A DNA stretch of 64,000 nucleotides from Sarea resinae (lineage: Eukaryota), in the NCBI GenBank assembly GCA_026026165.1, contig JAPEUD010000104.1, positions 1 to 64,000 on the forward strand, given 5' to 3'. Below, piece by piece: positions 1 through 8,485 of this stretch (position 1 is the stretch's first letter; each line of letters begins with the position of its first letter). Both the position numbers and the translations under genes were made by a program. Under the pieces are notes generated by a model that made no database searches, was not told the DNA's origin, and saw only the letters and a program-made list of their open reading frames with translations.

Positions 1-127
1 CCTAACCCTAACCCTAACCCTAACCCTAACCCTAACCCTAACCCTAACCCTAACCCTAACCCTAACCCTAACCCTAACCCTAACCCTAACCCTAACCCTA
101 ACCCTAACCCTAACCCTAACCCTAACC
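1..127. repeat. Telomeric repeat array (CCCTAA)n, left chromosome end
   Basis: About 21 perfect CCCTAA units from base 1, ending ...cctaacc|gttccc. This is the canonical TTAGGG telomere of filamentous ascomycetes. Confidence 0.99.
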
Positions 128-1466
128 GTTCCCAAGTCGCATCGTGAATTGCCCATCCGCGCCACTTCGCAAGATACTGTTCATGGCGATTGTTGCCACG
201 TCCCACCATTTTGCTGCGGATGATCCGCTCGACTTCCCATTCCTGGTAGTCGATATCTTGTCCGATGCCTTCGTTGTGCTCTTTCTCTTTCTCGTTCTCG
301 TTCTCGTTCTCATCATCATCATCATCCTTATCGTCGTCGTCATCGTCATCGACCCTGAGGGGAGAGAGAGAAGCCGAGCGGGAGGGGGTGGGGCTGGGCA
401 GGGGAGGGGTTTCTTCTTCGTGGCGGTGGGATGCGAGGTAATTAAACATCTTGTCCTGCATACCCTCTGACATCTCGCTGTCGTCGTGTGTCAAGTAGTA
501 GGACAAGTCCTTGGGCTCGGCCTCGTCGGTTCCGGCCCCAGTCCCATCTTCTGCCGTTTCCATTTCGGTGTCCACGTCCGAAATTTGGGTCGTATCGCCT
601 TTAAGCTCCGATCTTGCATCATTCATTTCCATTTCGTCTCCATGGGAGCTCTCCTCCACGAACGAGCTGCTTCGATCCTCGTCGACGATACGGTCCTGAG
701 CTGCCGCGGCCGCCACCGCCGCTTCTTGATCCTCCCGGAGCTTTCTCGCGGTCCTGTCTTGTTCCTCCAATTGAGCCAGCCAGAGATGACTTGGGAACAT
801 GGGAGTCTCGTCCGCCATTGTCAGTCTCTCCCGTACCAACGTCAATCCTCGGTGGCATTCCTCGAGAGTGATCCGCGGGTCTGAACCCTGAGCTACAGGC
901 TTGATGGCACCGAGTACGATCCTCAAAGCCTCCCAATTTCTCCGTGCTCTCTTCAGAAACTCCAGGCTATGGACATGTGGTATCTTGCCACGTGACTCTT
1001 CGGTTTCTTGGATCGTCTCGATGGCATCGCGGCAAAGCTGTGTGGCGACGTACAATCCACTGGGATCGTCATAGTGATTCAGGTGATTTCTGATCCGGCC
1101 GTCGTTCTGGACCTGTTCTCAGGTCAGCTCGAACAAGGATTCTCGGGAACTCTGACATACCTCTAGCTGACGCGTTTCTACCATGGTAATGATCTTTTTC
1201 AATTCGTCCTTTTCTTGTCCGTCTGGTAGAGAAACCCAGATGTCTGGTGTCATCAGTGAAAGAGCGTCCAGTGACATCTTCAACAAGCCACAATTTCGAA
1301 CCACTGCGTATCTTCGCTGTTTCCGAGTGGTTGCTTGCTCCCGCTCTCGATACAATTCGTTGACAACGGTGCAAAGGTGTAGCACGTCTGCCATATCCTG
1401 CGCCAGCTTAGGGTGATCGACTTTTCGAAAAGGTCCGTCGAATTTTTCAGGAAGGGAGGCTGCCAT
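128..1466 (-). CDS. Chromodomain-containing protein, 3'-truncated by the telomere (no stop codon)
   Basis: Exon 1 is 1466-1161. A 48-nt phase-0 intron at 1160-1113 (GTATGT...GCTGAC...ACAG) removes the TGA that ends the listed ORF. Exon 2 is open from 1112 to base 1. The ~430-aa product has an acidic D/E tract, then YQEWEVERIIRSKMVGRGNNRHEQYLAKWRGWAIHDATWE (chromodomain, ~248-129), then R and (LG)n from the telomere. Confidence 0.85.
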
Positions 1467-1787
1467 AGTGCCGAGATTCGTACTTGATCGAAAAGTTGGT
1501 GATCGCGCTGACGAGCAGGTTGACGAGGATGATCAGAGAACTACACGATGTCAAACATCGGTAGGAATGAGAGCATCAATCAAAATCAATGGTAGTCGTC
1601 AGAAGTGATGCAATGTGTGCGGGTTTTCCGGATGCAAGACCACCTTTAGGGTTTCAAACCCCGAGACACACAGGTCACTCTGAGTGAATATCCGTCGAAC
1701 GTCTCATTTGGGTGTTGTCCGGTATTCGACTATACTTCCGGTAGTTTTGACAAGATTCGTTGAACGTCTCATCTACTTGGGTCATCT

Positions 1788-1978
1788 GACGTTTGACTTC
1801 GACTTCTCTGACGTTTGATATCAACTTCCTCCGACGTTTGACATCAACTTCATCAGACGTTTGACTTCGACTTTGACTTCGACTTCGACTTTGACTTCGA
1901 CTTTGACTTTACCAGACGTTTGACTTCGACTGCATCTCACGTTTGACGTTCGACCTCATCAGGCGTTTGCCTTTCGAC
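1788..1978. repeat. Degenerate tandem repeat, ~22-24-nt unit GACGTTTGACTTCGACTT.. with an internal (GACTTY)n expansion
   Basis: Several copies of gacgtttga(c/t)(t/a)tc(g/a)actt, with a run of gacttc/gacttt hexamers at 1863-1910. It lies in the divergent intergenic region between two subtelomeric genes. Confidence 0.85.
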
Positions 1979-2516
1979 TATCCGCTCAGCGTACCATCCA
2001 TCATCACCCGTACGAGTTGTTCAGTCAAGGCTCACTGCTCCTCTCATACTCGACCTGATCATCTACGTCACGATTGCCGTTGATCTTGATTCCCCTCCAT
2101 CCTACCGATGTTTGACATCGTGTAGTTCTCTTATCATCCTCCCCAACCTGCTTGTCAGCCCGATCACCAACTTTACGAGCAAGTACGAGTCTTCCGTGCG
2201 ACGAGTCCACGAGCTTCAGTCGGCGAAGTCTAGCCCACGATTCCCGGTCCACGGATTCACAGCCTTCTAAATCCTCTTGTAAGTCTTCCATGATCAAGTG
2301 TCATTTTTCGTCTTTCCTTTTACCTGACATGTTCCGTGTCTTCCATAGTCATAATCGTGATGGCCACGCAAAAGGCAGCAACGACCAAGCGGGTTACAAG
2401 CTCAGAACAAGAGTTAATAAGGTTCCAAAATTATTGTTAAGTGAAATAAAGGAAGTTATTATCGTGAGGAGCGAGACGATCATCACGTCGGTATCTCGAA
2501 GATCTTTTTCCGTCCG

Positions 2517-3228
2517 ATGAAAGAGTACCAGTCCAAGGGCCTCCAATTGATATACGACCAGAGTCTTCATGCGGATTTCACCGTGTCAGCAACCATCCAC
2601 CGCAGCCCCGAGACCAGCAATTTTGCCGTTGCACTCGATTGTCTTCAAATCACCCCGACAGTCCCCACCGAAAAGTCGGTTGCGCAATTCCTCTATCCAT
2701 CCACGAATTTCATCATGGGATTCAGGATGCTCAGCAATAGTCGAAGCCTCGAGGTCTGGAGGACCGCAAGGGTTCCGAATACGGCCGAGGTAGATCCATG
2801 ACAAATCAAGGCAATGATCTTTACTGACAAGATAACAGGTCGAGTCCGACATATGGTCCCTGCAATTCTGCAGAACGACGAGGCCGGCGGCCGAACAGGC
2901 CGTGGCAATGTGGTATCGGCTCGAGTCAATCCTGAGAAAGACGACCAATAGCCAGCTCGAGTACGTCAACGTCACCCGCGCCAGCATCAACAACAAGGAC
3001 ATCGCAGCAGACCGCTATAATCTGCGGGGTCAGAAGACACGAACGCCTCAAGAAACTTCAGGAGGATCAATGACGTGGGTGGTTCACAACAAGGAGGGCC
3101 CGCCAAAGGGTTACGAGTTCACGAATAGGCTCGCAAATCCCAAGCTCGTGGCAATGATGGAAAAGCTAGACTTGAACGACGACGACGTGGATCCGGATAT
3201 TGAAGGTAGCGAAAGAGAAGACGAATGA
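2517..3228 (+). CDS. Hypothetical protein (~220 aa; possible PH/EVH1-like fold)
   Basis: ORF 2517-2789 joins ORF 2902-3228 in frame through a 49-nt intron at 2790-2838 (GTAGAT...TACTGAC...AACAG). The true 5' end may lie further upstream (the frame is open back to ~2445). Confidence 0.65.
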
Positions 3229-4014
3229 GTTGGAAATAGCGACAGAGAGTTTCTGCGGGATGTGAGGTCATCATAAGAATGCCTGGGAACGTTTTGCTAC
3301 GGAGAGGCTTTTGAGGGCGAGCATGGCGGTGTGCATAGACAAGCTGTCGTTGAGAGTCGCTTCTTTTCTCGATGAGATTTCGTTTGCGAGCCAGATTCGA
3401 GAAGCCCATATGGCACGATGACGAACGAATCAATTTGATGCTTTCCGATATCTTGCCTTGAACATATTGAGATGATCTAGCTAATGAGGTGTGCGTTGAC
3501 TAATCAAGCACGTGACTAGTCTCAGGCAGTCATCAATTACCGTGTGTGTAGTAGTGACAATCAGCTAACCCTGTACTGCGAGACTAGAAAGAGTAGATCA
3601 CAACTTGCAACAGGAATGTTATTCTCTCGACCCACGCCAGCCCTTCTTGCAAAACGCCGCACCAGATCCCGCACACTAAGGTAGGTATCCTCCTGGCTTC
3701 ATCATTATTTGCAACACAGTTAGCGCGCTTCCTTGCCTCCCTCGATGGCCCTTCCACTAACCCAAGCCCTTAATCTGTCCTTGACGCTCTCTAGATCTGT
3801 AGCAAGAAGCAGAGCGGAGTCCTGATACATATCAGCAATCATAAATCCTATCACACTAGGCAGGCAAAAATCCGACTAAGCAACAATCCTATCAATCAAC
3901 AACAGAAATCCCACCTCTTAAACGCACAAAGTTTAGCTCCGCTGCAAATTCTATCCTTTCTCTGTTAAATACTGCTACGAAAGTCACAATGCCACTGGTG
4001 GCACTTTTACAATA

Positions 4015-6680
4015 TCAAGCGGATCTTGCCTAATCGGTTGCCTGCTTAGCGGCTTTATCACTAGGTATCGTGCTGCTTGCTTGACGATACTCTAGTCGCG
4101 CCTGTTTGAAAAGTCGTTCCCTGTGTGAAAGCTGTTCAATCGTCGGTCCAGAGGATAGAGCTAACTCGACAAGGCTTTGTGCAGCAACTCTGGCATTTTC
4201 TGGAATAGCCACTGATGTAGCTTTTTCGCTGACCCACAGTTCTATCCCCTGTGCTCAGAAGGAAGTCAACAGCGCGAGTGAAAACTTCTGTATCCAATGT
4301 CAGCATTAATACGTATTGGTATGACTTACTTCGCCTGTGGCTGTCATCTTCTCTAATTCTTGCCTGACTAGAGGCTTGAGATTTAAGACCCCTGATCGCT
4401 CAAACCCCTTCGCTAGGTTACAGTCCACTTGATTAATAGCGTATTTTGATTTTCGTGCAAGCTTCGCTGTCTCTCTTGCCTTCTATTGCCCTAAGCCCTT
4501 TTTAATCTGATCTTCTCTCTATAAGGGGTGTAATTCTCGAAGGCGCTCAAGGTAGACTAGGCTGTAATCAGTCAAGGCATTAAAGACATCTAGCAGCGTT
4601 AGGCCAATCCATTCCAAACCCTGCACGTCTGTATCCTCGAGACCTACAGTGTCATCAGAGACCTATACTTGAGGTTGGAAAACAGTTGGAAACCCTGGTA
4701 GTCGTGGTCTGAAAAGAACAGAAAGGGCAACAAGAGGTTTATGTCATCCTTTTGCAGCAAGCACAGAAACTCTCGCGTTGCGCAGTCGGCGAATCCAGGC
4801 GTCTGCCAGGATCGTTAGAATCCCTGCTTCAACCTAGAAAACCAAGAGGCACTTACTATGACTATGATCATTCCTTGGAGTTCCTTCCGATGCTCTTGAA
4901 ACGACGTTCTAATATTTCCATGCTCGGTCACGATTATCCCTCTCAACTGCCGGTCGACATCTCTTGTCGCTAGCTTCTCGACTATGTCAGGGATCAGGCA
5001 CCGTCCGCGAAGCTTTGTCTTGGTTGTCTTTTTGCTGCCCTTGCCTCGAAAGATAAAGATGTCGTCAACAACGTCTGCTATGATGCTGACTCTCTCAGGA
5101 AGATAAATCTCTCCGGTCGATTGTGCTAAAAACCCAAAGGCTTTTGAGTGCACCCTAACTGTAACAGCCTAATTATCGATGCGTTGCCGGATTTAGACTT
5201 AGGTGAAGTGTTTCTCTAGGCGGAGGAAGTATCTAGCTTTTCGAAACTTCACTGCTTCTTAGGCTCCTAGCATGGCTATGATCTGTTTTCCAACCGCCAG
5301 AAATTGGAAGAGCTATAGCAAGTTGGCTTCAGTGGTCCGCAAGGTTATTTCCCCTCTATGAAGCGGTTGCCCGCAGCTCTCGCTGTGGCCTCTGCGGCTA
5401 GCCTTCCTCTATTGCCAAAGTTCCCTGAATGCCTCTGTATGACAACGATGAATTGCAGGAAATTAGGAGGTTGCAGAGGTTCAGAGGCAGCGGCTGTTGG
5501 CTTTTCGTCCCCTTCCTCTTCTTTGGCCTTGATGGCTACGCCGTTATCATTCGGATTGTTCTCCACGAATTGGCAGAGCGAATCGACGAATTGCCTAATA
5601 CAATCGTCTTCTGGAGGGGGGATTAGGAGCGGGAGGCGGTGGACTGTGTGACTGTGGCGGCGCAGACTAGGGGGTGTATGCCTGTAGAGAGGGCGAATGT
5701 GCTGGTTCTACTGCTTCTGCTGTCGCTGCCGCTTCTGCTGCTCGTCTCCTCACCTGTCTTCCGCTGTTTCTAAAATTGCCAGAGTGCCTCTGTATAACCA
5801 CAATAAACCGTAGGACGTCTCGGTTCCTCTGTCAAGGCTAAGGCCTTATCAGTAGCCAAGTGCATGTGCTAGGGTGCTAGCACTTAGAGCTCTCTCGCTC
5901 CCACTACAGCCCTTTGCTGTCTCGATATACAACGCCCTTGCTGCCCTCGCTGTCGCCTCTGCATGCGGCCTACCGCCTTCGCTAAAACCACCTAAGTGTC
6001 TCTGTACTACCACGATAAACCGTGGGACGTCTTCTGTCCTCTCAGTCCTAGGTTAAGGCGTCCTAGTTTAAGGCGCAGGAACTATCGTCGCTAACACTTC
6101 TGCTGCCTTCTGCTCTTCTTCTTCCTTGTCCTTGATTGCCCTATCCTTACCTCCAGTGTAGCCATCTTCTTTTTCTGCCTTGATAGGGCTGTCTTAGAGG
6201 TGTCTGGCAGGGGAGGGTAGTCTGGTGACAGCAGCAGTGGACTGGGTGATAGTGGCGGCCGAGATTTGCCCTTCCGCCCTCCTAAAAGCTCCTAGAATGT
6301 CGCTGCTAGCGTCATCTCAGTAGAAGGTTGCGACGCGGGAACTATTAATTTTAGAACCCCTCTCGCTGTCTTGACATCGTTGTCCTCAGCCTTTATAGCC
6401 ACTGCTCAGTCAGGTCAGGCACTAGGCTGTGCCAAAGTTAGCGGGGGTTTTGTGCCACTAGAGCCGACAGAAACAGCGACTAAGGATAGGAACAGGAGTG
6501 GCATGAACAGGCGGATGCTAAGAGGTTATTCACTACATCTTTGTCTTTCGGGTTGTTCTTAAGTCCTTGGTCTTAGTAGCCCTATGCTCTTCTTTTGCCT
6601 TTATTGCGAAATATTTGGCTGTGATAGCTACGTCCTTGGCCGGCTTAGGAAGGATAGAAGGATAGAAGGGGATGTGGCAT
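4015..6680 (-). pseudogene. RIP-inactivated, divergent Spo11/DNA topoisomerase VI subunit A-like gene with a repeat-rich N-terminal extension
   Basis: Reconstructed minus-strand reading: LFQFLAVGKQIIAMLGA*EAVKFRKARY (Tyr at 5229-5231) ...HFT*V*IRQRIDN*AVTVRVHSKAFGFLAQSTGEIY ...GRCLIPD ...RGIIVTEHGNI ...MIIVI|TPGFADCATREFL ...LPFLFFSDHDYQGFQLFSNLKYRS ...LEWIG ...PLVRQELEKMTATGE|KFSLALL. Introns are at 4856-4803 and 4329-4288. Most stops are TAG/TAA derivable from CAG/CAA/TGG. Frameshifts occur near 4620, 5350 and 5670. Start and end are approximate. Confidence 0.8.
5370..6050 (-). repeat. Three dispersed copies of a ~35-codon repeat within the Spo11-like pseudogene
   Basis: ~5370-5460 NFLQFIVVIQRHSGNFGNRGRLAAEATARAA; ~5720-5830 DVLRFIVVIQRHSGNFRNSGRQVRRRAAEAAATA; ~5925-6045 DVPRFIVVVQRHLGGFSEGGRPHAEATARAA. 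Confidence 0.8.
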
Positions 6681-7180
6681 CGGTAGGCTAGGTGTGTCGC
6701 AGGGCATAACTAGCCGTGAGAAAGGAAACAAAAGTGGCATCGACAGGCAGATGCTGAGACGTAATTAGCCACATGTTTAATTTAGGGGTTGCTCTCTACT
6801 AACTCGATTCCTCGGCATATACAGCCACATCCTCACCGCCGATATTATCATCTTCAGACCAGGACCAGACAATTTAAACCATTTGGACCACTAGACCAGT
6901 AAACGATCAACAGCGCTGCTCTCAAAGACCAGGACTTCCAAGTTGGCCTTTTCCGCTTCTCTTCTCGCAGTCGCCTATCAGAGCAGTGTCTCGTAGGTTT
7001 GATTTGGCAGAAGCTAAAGAATCACCTTTTTTTCTCTCGCATCTTCTCTTTAGTAGTCGAGTAGGTTTGGTCATGTCCAGAAGTATCAGAGTGGTTGTTG
7101 CTTTAGACGCTGCAATCGTTGTCGATTCTGTCGCGGCGCAAATGTCGATCAAGACCCTCTGGATAGAGATAAGGGTACAG

Positions 7181-7303
7181 ATTGACGGTGAATTGACGGT
7201 GAATTGACGGGTGAATTGACGGGTGAATTGAAGATGTGACTGGAATGCTACTTGCGACTTCCGACTTCCGACTTCCGTCCGGCTCTACCACGGCTCTACC
7301 ACG
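7181..7303. repeat. Cluster of short tandem duplications at the subtelomere/core boundary
   Basis: (ATTGACGG[G]TGA)x4 at 7181-7230, (CGACTTC)x3 at 7255-7275 and (CGGCTCTACCA)x2 at 7280-7301. Confidence 0.85.
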
Positions 7304-7408
7304 AGCGCCAAGGATTCTAGATCAGAAATACCACGAGCTTTGCAAATAATCACCGTCGTATGGTGTACTCCGGAGTACTGTTACTGCAAGCAAATCTCTG
7401 CCATCAAG

Positions 7409-8485
7409 ATGCCTCAAATACTCAAATTAGGCGTTGCGCAGGCGCGCACGCGTTCGACGAGGTCGGAAACGCTGCAGGCCCTTGCAGTGACAACGCAGAA
7501 AGCGGCATCGCGGGGAATAAAACTGCTGCTGTTCCCCGAGGCGTATCTGGGTGGGTATCCCAGGACGTGTACTTTTGGGGCGGCAGTGGGTGCGCGTGCG
7601 CCAGAGGGTCGGGATCAATTCTTGCACTATTTCAGAGACGCGGTGGACCTGGGTGACACGCCGTCGGGCGCGGGTGATGCGTGGGTAGAGAGAAGACTGC
7701 CGCTACCAAAGGACGGTGGGATGAGGGGAGATGGGACGCGAGAAGAGCTCGAGCGCATCGCCAAAGCGACGGGTGTGTTCATCATCGTGGGCCTTGTAGA
7801 GCGTGCGGCCGGCTCTCTGTATTGCGGCGCCGTGTACGTGTGTCCGAGAGAGGGTATCATCGGGAAGCGGCGCAAGGTGATGCCTGTACGTAGTTTGATT
7901 CGATTTTTTTCCATGTGCTGACAGATCCAGACTGGCAGCGAACGCCTCGTCTGGGCACAGGGCTCGCCGTCGACGTTAAAGGCCGTCACGACAACAATCT
8001 CTGGCGTGAAATTGACTCTGGCTGCGGCAATCTGCTGGGAGAACTTCATGCCCCTGCTGCGTCACTCGCTGTATTCTCAAAATGTCAACCTCTACCTGGC
8101 GCCAACAGCGGACGCGCGAGAGACGTGGTTGTCCTTGATGCGGACGGTGGCGGGTGAGGGACGGTGCTTCGTGTTGAGTGCCAACCAATGCGTGAAGAAG
8201 AAGCATCTTCCGCCGTGGGTAATCAGTGAGGCTTCGACCGCGGTTCAGGCCTCGTCGCCCGAGGACGAGGATTTTGTCTGCCGCGGAGGGTCGTGCATCA
8301 TCGGTCCTCTTGGCGAGGTGCTTGTTGATCCTGTGTGGGAGGCTGAGGATGAGCTAATAGCGGTGGAAGTTGATTTTGACGAGTGCGAAAAGGGACGGCT
8401 GGATATGGATGTGGCGGGAAGTTATTCCAGGAATGATTCTTTCAAGTTGACGGTGGAAGGATTAGATCTAAACCCTCCTCCTTGA
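7409..8485 (+). CDS. Nitrilase (carbon-nitrogen hydrolase family)
   Basis: Catalytic triad motifs [11 protein letters not shown] (E), [17 protein letters not shown] (K) and [11 protein letters not shown] (C), plus the C-terminal [10 protein letters not shown]. Intron at 7886-7930 (GTACGT...GCTGAC...CCAG). Confidence 0.95.

Noticed and set aside
129..248. Chromodomain as the tail of a chromoviral (Ty3/Gypsy) integrase or of a telomeric retrotransposon such as MoTeR
   Set aside because: The upstream protein has a spliceosomal intron and no integrase, RT or RNase H motifs, and no LTR or RT ORF is nearby.
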